64,000 nucleotides of DNA from an uncultured virus (IMG/VR IMGVR_UViG_3300025889_000102). Taxonomy: Duplodnaviria > Heunggongvirae > Uroviricota > Caudoviricetes. A model generated the notes under the pieces. The model made no database searches and had not been told where the DNA came from. It worked only from the letters and a program-made list of their open reading frames with translations. The stretch lies in the IMG/VR virus record IMGVR_UViG_3300025889_000102. One strand, 5' to 3'. A program made the translations under genes and the position numbers. Below are positions 1-9,591 of this stretch, piece after piece. Each line of letters begins with the position of its first letter. The first letter of the stretch is position 1.

Positions 1-4
1 TATG

Positions 5-145
5 TCAAGGTTGTGCTTTGATCTCTATCATAGACTGACTAACATCAGACACACCTTGACATACTTTAGCGATCTGTGCTTGCCATTTTTCTATCGTTAA
101 TAATTCTTTTTCTCCGGATCTTTTAATTACATTAATTTTCATCAT
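5..145 (-). CDS. nrdA: N-terminal fragment (ATP-cone region) of class Ia ribonucleotide reductase alpha subunit, truncated at the window edge
   Basis: Manual translation MMKINVIKRSGEKELLTIEKWQAQIAKVCQGVSDVSQSMIEIKAQP* has the V-x-K-R-x-G ATP-cone start typical of NrdA. The stop falls inside an 11-bp inverted repeat at the sequence end (see findings). Not in the ORF track. Confidence 0.65.
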   Translation of the reverse strand: MMKINVIKRSGEKELLTIEKWQAQIAKVCQGVSDVSQSMIEIKAQP

Positions 146-583
146 TTACCCTATTTTTGTATAAAGTGGTGAGAGATCATATTCTTTAATTATGTCGAAG
201 TCGCTTAGATGATTATTTAATACTGTGTTGGGCCAGTAATTCAATATATATTTTGCGTTATCAACTAAGACTAATACCACTTGTTCACTATTATCGTCTT
301 TAGCATCAACTAAAGCAATGTTTTTGGTGCCCATGAGCAGTAGCGTGTAAATTATACCCAATGCCCTAGCATATACACAATAATTATTGTCATATATTAA
401 TTGCCATGGGTCGGGCCAGAGTGGCATGTAGTCTGGATGTAGATAATGGTTAACTAAAGGTGCTTGTTGCCAGAAGCGATCTACTTCTACTGCGATTGTA
501 GAAAGATCCTTATCCCGCAAGTTATCCCTTAAATTTCGCCAGTCCTGAAGTAAGGACGAGAAATCCTGTAAGAAATGATTCAT
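146..583 (-). CDS. hypothetical phage protein (WPDPW motif) directly upstream of nrdA
   Basis: 145-aa ORF whose stop abuts the nrdA start codon; a CTAAATA box lies at 590-596 upstream. Confidence 0.75.
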   Translation of the reverse strand: MNHFLQDFSSLLQDWRNLRDNLRDKDLSTIAVEVDRFWQQAPLVNHYLHPDYMPLWPDPWQLIYDNNYCVYARALGIIYTLLLMGTKNIALVDAKDDNSEQVVLVLVDNAKYILNYWPNTVLNNHLSDFDIIKEYDLSPLYTKIG

Positions 584-601
584 CGTTGTTATTTAGAGCA
601 G

Positions 602-632
602 ATGAGTGCAGTATATAATATACCGCACTCAT
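602..632 (-). terminator. stem-loop after the large fibre gene (terminator or RNA-stability hairpin)
   Basis: On the minus strand ATGAGTGCGGTATA-TTA-TATACTGCACTCAT forms a 14-bp stem with one G-U pair, 7 nt past the stop of 639..4601. No clear U-tract. Confidence 0.5.
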
Positions 633-638
633 TGATCA

Positions 639-3600
639 TTACATCACTCTAATCTGAGTAGTCCAAGTTGTGCTATTGCTACTTGATGGAGTTACTTGCA
701 ATGCTATATTACTTCCATCTAAGTTTACTGCAAGTGTACCTGTTGCTCCGCCTAGTGTAGCAGTACCAAATGTCACGAAATCAACTGTTGTGCCATTTGT
801 TACAGCAATAACTGTTGCTATGCTATATTTCTGTCCTGTAGAATCTACACCCTTAACTAGATATTCTACTGCTGCTAATCCACTGTAAGCAAACGTTGCT
901 ATAGTTTGATTTGCACCTGTAGTAGTTGTAGTAACTTGTGCTGTTCTAATAGAAGTATTACCTACAATTAAGTTTGCAGCAGTTACGTTTCCTGATGATG
1001 TTAAAGATGTTAGTGTACCAACACTAGTTATATTTGGCTGTGATGCTGTAGTTAATGTTCCAGTCAAGTTAGCAGCACCAATAGTGCCACTATTAGCATA
1101 GACATTTCCAAATGTACCATTACCGGTTACTGCTAGTGATGATAGTGTACCAACACTAGTAATATTTGGTTGAGCCGCAGTATATACTGTACCTGCGACT
1201 AGAGCATTTGCTACTTGTCCGGTTACATTACCTCCAGCAATGTTACTAATATTTCCACCTTCACCCGTGAGTGTTAGGGCACCAATAGTACCGCTGTTAG
1301 CATAGATATTTCCAGCAGTTATATTTGCTGTTACTGCTAGTGATGATAGTGTACCAACGCTAGTGACGTTTGGTTGTGCCGATGTTGTAAGAGTTCCAGT
1401 TAATAAACTTGCACCAATAGTGCCGCTATTAGCATAGACATTACCAAATGTACCATTACCTGTAACTGCTAGCGATCCAAGTGTACCAACACTAGTTAAA
1501 CTTGAAGTTACGATACTTGAGTTTAATGTAGTACCAGTTAAGTTAGCAGCATTGGCTGCTATAACAACGTCAGAAGCTGCTGTTAATTGACCTTGAGCAT
1601 TAACAGTAAATGATGCTACCCTATCGCCGTTACCGTAACTTGCTGCGGTTACAGTTGTGTTGCTTATACTAAATTCACTACCTGAAAGTGTTAAGCCTGT
1701 GCCTGCTGTATAAGTACCAGCACCTGAGAACTGCGTGAATACTATAGGATCTGTTCCTACAGTAGTTACTGTTTCTACTTGTACCCAACCTGTGTTATCG
1801 TATAGAGTGCCACCAGTAGCAAACAAGAAGTCACCACCTTGAATCTCAGCACTAGTGTCGAAGTCAGTTGCGCGAGTTAAAGTAGTACTATTGGTAAATG
1901 TGTATATACCGTTGTGTGCTGTGTTTGCTTCATTTTTAACTAGTATACGAATACCAGATGTTAACGTTACTCCGTCTATTGCTGTGAAAGTACCATCAGT
2001 TGTTAATGTTGCCCCAACTCCAGCAGTACCATTATTATAAGTAATAGTACCTGAAGAAATATTTGCTAGAGTATCTGTTGTTACAGCACCAACTGATTCG
2101 TGAACGTGAAGACCCTCAGCAACATTATCTACGTATTGTTTAGTTGCTGCGTCAGTTGCATTGATTGGAGTAGCAAGACCTACAATGTAATTGCCAGTCA
2201 TGTCTACGTTGCCAGCAAAAGTGCTGACACCTGTACCGCTAACTGTTAGTACACCTGCTATACCTAAATTACCTACGTTAGCGTTACCTGTTACACTTAA
2301 TGTGCCACCTGTTGATATATTACCTGCGCTAGCATTACCTGTTACTGCTAGTGATGATAGTGTACCAACACTAGTGATGTTTGGTTGTGCTGCTGTTGTT
2401 ACTGTATTTGCTGTGCTTGCATGAGTTGCATTTGCTACTGTGCCAGAAACATTAGCACCAGTAATATTACTGATATTTCCACCTTCACCTTTGAGTGTTA
2501 GGGCGCCAATAGTACCACTGTTAGCATAGACATTTCCAAATGTACCATTACCTGTAACGTCTAAACTTGTTAGTGTACCTAGTGAAGTAACGTTTGGTTG
2601 CGCTGCTGTTGATAGCGTACCTGTTAATGTTGTGAATACAGCATTGTTACCACCGATATTGCCAACGTTAGCATTACCTGTTACTGACAATGCTCCGGCT
2701 GTAGTTAAATTACCACCAGATACGTTACCAGTTGCAGCAACTACACCACCTGTTGTAATGTTGCCACCAGATACGTTACCAGTTGCAGCAACTACACCAC
2801 CTGTTGTAATGTTGCCACCAGATACGTTACCAGTTGCAGCAACTACACCACCTGTTGTAATGTTGCCACCAGATACGTTACCAGTTACTACTAGTAATCC
2901 ACCAATACCTAAGTTACCTGTAATGTTGCTGTTACCAGCACCATTTACTGCTAAGTTGGCAGAAGTTGTGATGTTACCTGTAACTGTTAATGTTTGTGTG
3001 ACAGCCATACTAGCATTAACGTTAGTAGTAACTGCAACATTAACACTAGTGGCGGCTAATCTTAATCTTTCACCACCTACTGCATTGAAAACTATATTAC
3101 TATTATTGGTTATTGTAACATTACTATTACCGTTTTGTAGCAATCCGCTGTTGATAGTTGTAATATTACCTGTTGTTATAACTGCTGTTGCAGTACCTAA
3201 GTTACCAACGTTAGCATTACCGCTAACATTAGCAGTGCCTGTGATATTTGCTCCAGTAGAACTTACAACTAATACGTTAGAAGTACCGCCAACACTAGTT
3301 GTAACGTTACCACCAGAGGTAGCGATACGTACATTAGAAGTACCATTTTGTATTTGTGATGTATCAATACCAGATAGTTGGCTACCGTTACCTATAAAGT
3401 AAGTTGCAGTTAAGTTACCGTCTGCATTTCTTACTGCTACTGTATTTGCTGTATTTGAAGTAGCAGTATCATATCCGTCTAATAAGTCAGCATTTAAGTT
3501 AGCAACTTTTGTTTGTGAGTTAACTAATAATGGTGTAGTGCCATTAGCAATATTTGCTATGAGTTGAGGGGCTGTAACGTTTGCTGTCGCTAGTACTTGA

Positions 3601-4601
3601 GCAGTGCCTAAGTTACCAACGTTAGCATTGCCAGTTACGCTTAGTGCGCCACCTGTTGTCAAGTTACCTGCTGCAACGTTTGCTGTTACAGTTAGAGAAC
3701 TCAATGTACCAACTGATGTAATGTTTGGTTGAGCTGCTGTTGTTAGAGTACCAGTTAATAAACTTGCACCAATAGTACCACTATTAGCATAGACATTGCT
3801 AAATATACCATTACCGGTTGCGTTAAGGTAACCTGCAACATTTACTCCAGTACCTGTTACAACGGCTATGTTAGCATTTCCTGCAACGCTGATATTAACG
3901 TTACCATTAGCAGTTGGAATAGTTACATTTGAATTACCATTAGCCAAATTACCAGCAGTAGCGATACCAGTTAGTGCGCTACCATTACCTATGAAAAAGT
4001 TTGCTGCTACGTTGCCATCTGCATTTCTTACTACAACAGTATTTGCTGCTGTTGAAACAGAACTATCATATCCATCTAATAAATCAGCATTTAAATTAGA
4101 AACTAGTGTAGTTGACGCTACAGTAAACGGAGAAGTTCCAGTAGTAATAGTAGATTGTAGCGTTTCACCTTTAACTAATTTTGTTGCTATAATATTATTA
4201 GCATTAACATTGGCGGTATTAGCATTAATGTTACCGGTTGATTCTATCGTACCGTCAACATCTAAAATATTACTAGTGTAATTCCAAAGTAGTAAGTTTC
4301 CACCTTCTACTTCACCACTAGCGTTGTATAGTATACTGTAGTTAACACCTGCTGCAACGATGTTACCAGAAATGTTACCTTCGAAGTTTCCTAAGAAGTA
4401 GTCTGCCGATATATTTCCTGGAAAATCTGTTAAAGAGTTAGCATACAGAGTTATTGTTTTACTGTTTGCTGTTATTTCTAAATTGTTTGAACTACCAGCA
4501 TCAATTTTTAATGTGGTAATATTACCTGCTGAATCGATTACATTTATTGGTGTTTCGCCTACTGCATATCCACCAACAGAATTAAAAGGTTTGAGAGCCA
4601 T
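639..4601 (-). CDS. long Gly/Asn/Thr-rich repetitive fibre-like virion protein
   Basis: 1320 aa with repeated TTAAQPNITSVGTLSSLAVT and GNVYANSGTIGA units, two NLNADLLDGYD motifs and a TDAATKQYVD neck-like motif. RBS GGAGA and a GATAAATA box lie upstream. Confidence 0.75.
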   Translation of the reverse strand: MALKPFNSVGGYAVGETPINVIDSAGNITTLKIDAGSSNNLEITANSKTITLYANSLTDFPGNISADYFLGNFEGNISGNIVAAGVNYSILYNASGEVEGGNLLLWNYTSNILDVDGTIESTGNINANTANVNANNIIATKLVKGETLQSTITTGTSPFTVASTTLVSNLNADLLDGYDSSVSTAANTVVVRNADGNVAANFFIGNGSALTGIATAGNLANGNSNVTIPTANGNVNISVAGNANIAVVTGTGVNVAGYLNATGNGIFSNVYANSGTIGASLLTGTLTTAAQPNITSVGTLSSLTVTANVAAGNLTTGGALSVTGNANVGNLGTAQVLATANVTAPQLIANIANGTTPLLVNSQTKVANLNADLLDGYDTATSNTANTVAVRNADGNLTATYFIGNGSQLSGIDTSQIQNGTSNVRIATSGGNVTTSVGGTSNVLVVSSTGANITGTANVSGNANVGNLGTATAVITTGNITTINSGLLQNGNSNVTITNNSNIVFNAVGGERLRLAATSVNVAVTTNVNASMAVTQTLTVTGNITTSANLAVNGAGNSNITGNLGIGGLLVVTGNVSGGNITTGGVVAATGNVSGGNITTGGVVAATGNVSGGNITTGGVVAATGNVSGGNLTTAGALSVTGNANVGNIGGNNAVFTTLTGTLSTAAQPNVTSLGTLTSLDVTGNGTFGNVYANSGTIGALTLKGEGGNISNITGANVSGTVANATHASTANTVTTAAQPNITSVGTLSSLAVTGNASAGNISTGGTLSVTGNANVGNLGIAGVLTVSGTGVSTFAGNVDMTGNYIVGLATPINATDAATKQYVDNVAEGLHVHESVGAVTTDTLANISSGTITYNNGTAGVGATLTTDGTFTAIDGVTLTSGIRILVKNEANTAHNGIYTFTNSTTLTRATDFDTSAEIQGGDFLFATGGTLYDNTGWVQVETVTTVGTDPIVFTQFSGAGTYTAGTGLTLSGSEFSISNTTVTAASYGNGDRVASFTVNAQGQLTAASDVVIAANAANLTGTTLNSSIVTSSLTSVGTLGSLAVTGNGTFGNVYANSGTIGASLLTGTLTTSAQPNVTSVGTLSSLAVTANITAGNIYANSGTIGALTLTGEGGNISNIAGGNVTGQVANALVAGTVYTAAQPNITSVGTLSSLAVTGNGTFGNVYANSGTIGAANLTGTLTTASQPNITSVGTLTSLTSSGNVTAANLIVGNTSIRTAQVTTTTTGANQTIATFAYSGLAAVEYLVKGVDSTGQKYSIATVIAVTNGTTVDFVTFGTATLGGATGTLAVNLDGSNIALQVTPSSSNSTTWTTQIRVM
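2713..2886. repeat. perfect 51-bp in-frame tandem repeat, about 3.4 copies
   Basis: Unit ccaccagatacgttaccagttgcagcaactacaccacctgttgtaatgttg at 2713, 2764 and 2815, plus a 21-bp partial at 2866. It encodes NITTGGVVAATGNVSGG on the minus strand. Confidence 0.95.
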
Positions 4602-4642
4602 TGTTTAATCTCCGTTTATATTATTTATCTAAAACTCCTGTT

Positions 4643-6733
4643 TTATGTGTTATAAGATGTAATTAACATCCTATGATTCATAAAATTACTTGAAGAGGGG
4701 GTAACTCTTAAAGTTAAATTACCTGCTGTATAGTCTATCGTAAAATCTGCTATAAATGCGTTGATAACTAAAGTGCTAATCTCGTTATATTCTATGTAAG
4801 TTCCTAATACTAAAGAGTTCAATTTAGTTATTTGTCTAGCATTACCAGTAGCATCATCTGTTATGATCACAAAATCTGCTCCATATATACCAGTTGCCGG
4901 AATTTCAAAAATTACTTGTCCAGTAGCACCGCTTGAAGTAGTAGCAAAGTAAACTTTTTGATTTTGAAATTCATACGCTCCTGCACCTATAGTAATGCTA
5001 TTAGCAGTAAGAACATTAGATGATTTGTCAAAAGTTAATGAACTAGAAGCATTAAATGCTCCATCATCATTAAATTGAATTTGAGTATTTGCGCCACCGG
5101 GATTAACGCTAACAGTTTCCCATGATAAGTTTCCAGTGCCATCTGTTGTTAACACAGATCCGTCTGAACCTCCACCTATAGATATGATATCTATATTGGC
5201 TAAATTAATTGATGTGGCTAAAGAAAAATTAACTTCATCCGTTGCTGATAAATCACCTGCTTGAACAGCAACTGTACCTTGTACAGTAGGTGCTACGATT
5301 GTGCCTAATGCTGTGATACCACCACTTACTAATAGACTAGATAGGGTACCAACAGTAGTAATGTTGGGTTGTGAAGCAGTAATAAGAGTTCCTGAAATGT
5401 TGCCAGCAGAAATATTACCATTAACGGTTAGTACGTTAGATGTTTTGTTAAATGTAAATTTAGACGACCCACCAAAAACTCCGGCATCATTAAACTGTAC
5501 TTGAGTGTTGCTTCCTCCAGGTTCTCCGTTTCCTCCTCCTCCGCCTAATGCCCAAGATAAGTTACCTGTACCGTCTGTTTGTAAAAAGTATCCATTAACT
5601 CCGCCAGTAATATGAAGATTTGCTACTGCGAAATTTACATTAGGTGCAGAAGAAAAATTAGTGTTACTGCTTATTGATAAGTTACCAGATGTTTTGTCAA
5701 AAGTAACTGTAGATATACCACCAAAAGAACCATCATCGTTGAATTGTAGTTGAGTGTTACTACCGCCGGGTGTTCCGTTACCACCTCCGCCAGTAACTGC
5801 TGCGAATATACCATTGCCATATAAAACATTTGATGAATTACCGTCTAAATTAAGAACAGATATGTTACCTAATGTTGGCGTTCCAGTTATATTTGCGTAT
5901 GGTATATTTGATAGTCCATATCCATTGCCTGTAATCAACCCGGTAGTTGAGATAGTATTACTACCAAATGCTGCTAACAAAGATACTACATTAGAATTAC
6001 CGTATGAAGTCGCGGCAGCACCAAATGTTCCGTCTCCACGTATTACATTAGAAACATTACCATCTAGATTTATAACCGCGATATTACCAATACCAGACAC
6101 ATTACTAACAGCAACACTATTAGCAACTGCGGCAAAAGATACTTCACCTGTAATATTTGCTCCTGCTAAGTTTGATAATTTATTTCCATCAGCAGAAATG
6201 TATGTTACTGTTAAAAGATTAGTATCTTTATCGTAGAAAAATCCTGCGTCCCCGCCAAAATTACCTGCGTCATTAAACTGAACTTGCATGTTAGAGCCGC
6301 CGGGTGAACCATTACCTCCTCCATTACCTGTTTGTGCAGTCCAAGATAAGTTTCCAGCACCGTCGGTTTGCAGTACATAACCATTAAGACCGCCGGATAT
6401 ATGCAAACTTTCTACATCGCCTAGATTAACTAAATTACCTGAAGCGACAAAATTAGATACTGCTAATGTTTTAGTAACTTGATCAAATGTAAATGTAGAG
6501 TCTGCACCAAATGCGTCATCATTGTTATACTGAACTTGAGTGTTAGAACCTGCTGCACTTGCTGTTAACGGATCACCGTTGGCAAATTTAAACTCATTAG
6601 CATAAATGATATTGGCTGATACATTACCAGAAGTGTTGACATTTGTAACTACATTGCCATTGGCATCAACAACTTCTATTACAGGGATACCTGTAGTAAA
6701 ACCACCTAATGAATGAAACGGTTCAGCAGCCAT
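4643..6733 (-). CDS. fibre-like virion protein with GGSNTQVQFNDxGxFGG and GYVLQTDGxGNLSW repeats; paralogue of 639..4601
   Basis: 696 aa with five SNTQ(V/L/I)Q(F/Y)N-type repeats and three LxTDGxGNLSW repeats. Its N- and C-termini resemble those of the neighbouring fibre gene. Confidence 0.75.
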   Translation of the reverse strand: MAAEPFHSLGGFTTGIPVIEVVDANGNVVTNVNTSGNVSANIIYANEFKFANGDPLTASAAGSNTQVQYNNDDAFGADSTFTFDQVTKTLAVSNFVASGNLVNLGDVESLHISGGLNGYVLQTDGAGNLSWTAQTGNGGGNGSPGGSNMQVQFNDAGNFGGDAGFFYDKDTNLLTVTYISADGNKLSNLAGANITGEVSFAAVANSVAVSNVSGIGNIAVINLDGNVSNVIRGDGTFGAAATSYGNSNVVSLLAAFGSNTISTTGLITGNGYGLSNIPYANITGTPTLGNISVLNLDGNSSNVLYGNGIFAAVTGGGGNGTPGGSNTQLQFNDDGSFGGISTVTFDKTSGNLSISSNTNFSSAPNVNFAVANLHITGGVNGYFLQTDGTGNLSWALGGGGGNGEPGGSNTQVQFNDAGVFGGSSKFTFNKTSNVLTVNGNISAGNISGTLITASQPNITTVGTLSSLLVSGGITALGTIVAPTVQGTVAVQAGDLSATDEVNFSLATSINLANIDIISIGGGSDGSVLTTDGTGNLSWETVSVNPGGANTQIQFNDDGAFNASSSLTFDKSSNVLTANSITIGAGAYEFQNQKVYFATTSSGATGQVIFEIPATGIYGADFVIITDDATGNARQITKLNSLVLGTYIEYNEISTLVINAFIADFTIDYTAGNLTLRVTPSSSNFMNHRMLITSYNT

Positions 6734-6831
6734 TTTATTTTATTTTCCTTATTATATATTTATCAAAAACAAAAAATTAATGCCTTGAAAAAAAGATCCG
6801 TAGAGAACTTTTTTCTAAAATAAATAGAATT

Positions 6832-7200
6832 ATGCTAACAAAACAACCACCTAGACCTCTATGTAAAAATTGCGGATTAGTACCTGGTAAACTAAATGGT
6901 AAAAGTAAATTAGGCTTCAAAAAGTGGCACAAATATTGTGTTGACTGTTCGAAAATAATGTATAGTAAGAAACATAAGCATTTAGCAAATAAGAAAAATA
7001 TATGCGAAGAATGTAAGTTTGTACCAGTAGATCGTTGTCAACTAGATTTAATCTACGTAGATGGTAACAAGAAAAATAAGAAATTAAAAAATTTAAAAAC
7101 GTTATGTGCTAATTGTAGTAGAGTATACAGAAAAAACTTAAAATCAAAAACTAAGTCAGTATTAAATCTTACTGTAGATGCTGATGTTAGAATAAACTAA
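6832..7200 (+). CDS. Cys-rich, basic HNH-endonuclease-like protein with probably degenerate active site
   Basis: Four CxxC pairs. The C-terminal CEEC..DLIYVDGNKKN...NLKTLCANC follows the HNH layout, but the usual His residues are replaced by Y and S. Confidence 0.6.
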   Translation: MLTKQPPRPLCKNCGLVPGKLNGKSKLGFKKWHKYCVDCSKIMYSKKHKHLANKKNICEECKFVPVDRCQLDLIYVDGNKKNKKLKNLKTLCANCSRVYRKNLKSKTKSVLNLTVDADVRIN

Positions 7201-7232
7201 AAAGAAAGGGCGCATACGCGCCCAGTCTTTTT
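7200..7232. terminator. bidirectional intrinsic terminator between the convergent HNH-like and major capsid genes
   Basis: GGGCGC-ATAC-GCGCCC stem at 7208-7223, with an A-rich tract on the left and a T-tract on the right. Confidence 0.8.
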
Positions 7233-7253
7233 GAACAATCAACGATCCAACTA

Positions 7254-8450
7254 TTATTGGAAAGTTACGTTCTGTATAGCAATCTCACCAACATAGTCTG
7301 CTGCGTTGCCGAAGCTGCTTGCAGTGTTAGTCAATTCTACATAACCATAACGAGTCATGAATGAAACGACTGGTTCGAATGTTGATGGGTCTAGTACAAC
7401 ACCGCTGCTCATCAATGGAATGTATGGGCAGTAGAATGCTGCTGCGTCAGTCTCGCTTGAACCCTTGTAACCAACTAGTACTGGTTTAGCATCGTCGGCA
7501 TAAGAGTCTACGAACACACGCATTGCACCGTTTAGAGTACCAACAAACTTAGTGTTAGTTGGGGCTTCAAAAGTGCCTTCAGTTGTTCTTGCGAATGCTG
7601 AAGTTGTTGCTGACTGTAGAACAGTTAGAGCTGCTGAACTTACAACTGCCCAGTTACCTGCACCACGACGAGTGCGCTGTGCAATCAAGTTTGCAACACG
7701 GTTGATTAGAACTGCTAGTGCAGCATGTTCATCACCAACGAATGTAGCAGTACCTGATACAGTTGCCTGGTTAAATGTAAACTCAGTTGCTGCTAGTGAG
7801 CGTAGTGATAGGAGGATTTCCTGATCAATTTCAGCAGTGATTTCTTGTGCGAGAGCAGCCATAATTTCTGCTTCGACATCAATTCCGTGCTGAGCCTGCG
7901 CATCTTGAGCAGCTTCAAATGTCCAACGTGCCTGCAACTTACGTGACTTGGCTTCAACAGCCTGACGTAGAATCTGTACGCTGATCTGCTTACCACCGTT
8001 ACCTTCTAATGATGCTGTTGAAGCAGCAGTATAAGAAGAAGCACTAGCATCGGCAGATGCTGTACGTGAATATGCTTGTGCAATCTTGAATGGTGACAAT
8101 GCTTCTTCACCTGCAGTTACAGATGTTCCTGCAGCTGAACTATCAGTCAATGATTGTGCATAGCGAACACGTAGAGTGTGGATCTGACCAACTGGACCAG
8201 TCATTGGCTGAACACCGACTAGTTCGTTAGCAATAACAGTTGGCATAACACGACGGATTACTGGAAGAATAACGCGATTTAAAGTTGCGATATTGCCTGC
8301 AGTAGTTGTACCTGCTGAAGATTCAGCAAGTAACGACTTGCGAGTGTTTTCTAAAATAACACCCATTGTTGAGCGACGTGTGCCCTTTAGGCCTTCTAAC
8401 AGGGCATCTTTCGTCTCGTCCCAACGGCTTTCTAAGAGTACTTTTGACAT
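7254..8450 (-). CDS. gp23: major capsid protein (T4 gp23-like)
   Basis: gp23 family motifs: RRVMPTVIANELVGVQPMTGPVGQIHTLR, AKSRKLQARWTFEAAQD, EITAEIDQEI, GYKGSSETDAAAFYCPYIPL, DPSTFEPVVSFMTRYG. Confidence 0.97.
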   Translation of the reverse strand: MSKVLLESRWDETKDALLEGLKGTRRSTMGVILENTRKSLLAESSAGTTTAGNIATLNRVILPVIRRVMPTVIANELVGVQPMTGPVGQIHTLRVRYAQSLTDSSAAGTSVTAGEEALSPFKIAQAYSRTASADASASSYTAASTASLEGNGGKQISVQILRQAVEAKSRKLQARWTFEAAQDAQAQHGIDVEAEIMAALAQEITAEIDQEILLSLRSLAATEFTFNQATVSGTATFVGDEHAALAVLINRVANLIAQRTRRGAGNWAVVSSAALTVLQSATTSAFARTTEGTFEAPTNTKFVGTLNGAMRVFVDSYADDAKPVLVGYKGSSETDAAAFYCPYIPLMSSGVVLDPSTFEPVVSFMTRYGYVELTNTASSFGNAADYVGEIAIQNVTFQ

Positions 8451-8476
8451 TTTTTATATCTCCTAATATGTCTAAA

Positions 8477-9580
8477 TTAAAGCCCTGCCAGACGCTTGAG
8501 GTCGATCACGTTGTTGTCCACTTCGGGATCTTTCTCAACTTTTTTGGCAGTTTTATCACCAGTTACTTCTTTAATAACAGACTCAGACAACACAGGCTTT
8601 GATACCTTTGCTGCTGAACCATTATTTAGAACTGCTGGTAAATACTTGTCGAATGCGTTCTTCAATTTTGGTGTCTGAACGCTTTCTAATAAGCTCTTCA
8701 TTACCTGTGCTTTCTCCTCATTGAGAGTTGCTAATAGTTCTCCCATTACTTTTTCTCTTTGAGTAGATTCTTTGATAATACGAACTTCACGATTTTTTGA
8801 TTCTACGAGCTTTTCAGTAGTTTCAAGTTTCTGCATAGCCTCTGCTAGTGCTTCTTCTCTTTCGGCAATTGCTGCTACAAGTTTGCGAGTTTCTGCCTTA
8901 TCGTTTAGATAAGTTACAGAGTATTCACTTGCAAATGCTTCGAACAACTTACGACCGAAATTGTTTTCTCTAGCAATCTTGATATCTTCTCTCAACTGAG
9001 TTAACTCAGAAGTGAGATGTGATGCTACTAGACTCTTGACACGAGCTGCACTTTCAGCAACAAATTTTGCTTTTAATGCTTCTAGTTTCTTGCGTCCTTC
9101 TGCAACTAACTTGACCTTTGCTTCTACAACAGCCTGTTTGTCTGCTGCGAACTCTTTGATCTCACGTGCCAATGAGTGTATAATGAACTTCTCAAGTTTT
9201 TCTTGATGTTCCATTTGCACTTTGCGATCTGCACGTAGTTCTTTAATTTCTTCGGCTAGTTTAGTAACCATAAAATTGTTGAACTTTGATGCATTCTCAC
9301 GTAAAGCAACTTGTGCTTTGACACGATCTTCGTTCATTGCAGTTCTTTCTTCATGAAATTCTTTGATTTCTGTTGAAAGACTTTCAGTTAGCATCTTATC
9401 AAGGGCTTCTACCATCACGCTTCTGTCATGCTCATATTTGTGTGCGAACTCTTCACGTAGTTCTGCACGTACTTGATCACGGGCTTCAGTTAACTTGCCT
9501 TCCCAAACTTTTTGAAGTTCGTTTGAGATGTCTTCGTTAATTAGTCCGCTCTCAACTAATGGTTTGATAGCATCCAACAT
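8477..9580 (-). CDS. gp22: prohead scaffolding/core protein (T4 gp22-like)
   Basis: Glu/Lys-rich coiled-coil protein with FGRKLFEAFASEY, in the T4 position between protease and capsid genes. Confidence 0.85.
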   Translation of the reverse strand: MLDAIKPLVESGLINEDISNELQKVWEGKLTEARDQVRAELREEFAHKYEHDRSVMVEALDKMLTESLSTEIKEFHEERTAMNEDRVKAQVALRENASKFNNFMVTKLAEEIKELRADRKVQMEHQEKLEKFIIHSLAREIKEFAADKQAVVEAKVKLVAEGRKKLEALKAKFVAESAARVKSLVASHLTSELTQLREDIKIARENNFGRKLFEAFASEYSVTYLNDKAETRKLVAAIAEREEALAEAMQKLETTEKLVESKNREVRIIKESTQREKVMGELLATLNEEKAQVMKSLLESVQTPKLKNAFDKYLPAVLNNGSAAKVSKPVLSESVIKEVTGDKTAKKVEKDPEVDNNVIDLKRLAGL

Positions 9581-9591
9581 GCTGGTTCCCC

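Noticed and set aside
2713..2886. Possible CRISPR array
   Set aside because: The repeats are contiguous, have no spacers and are in frame within a coding gene; no cas genes are seen.
670..6236. Many plus-strand ORFs rich in Pro/Leu/Val/Thr (e.g. 2632..3402, 5754..6236)
   Set aside because: Antisense shadows of the repetitive Gly/Asn/Thr fibre genes; no RBS or independent motifs.
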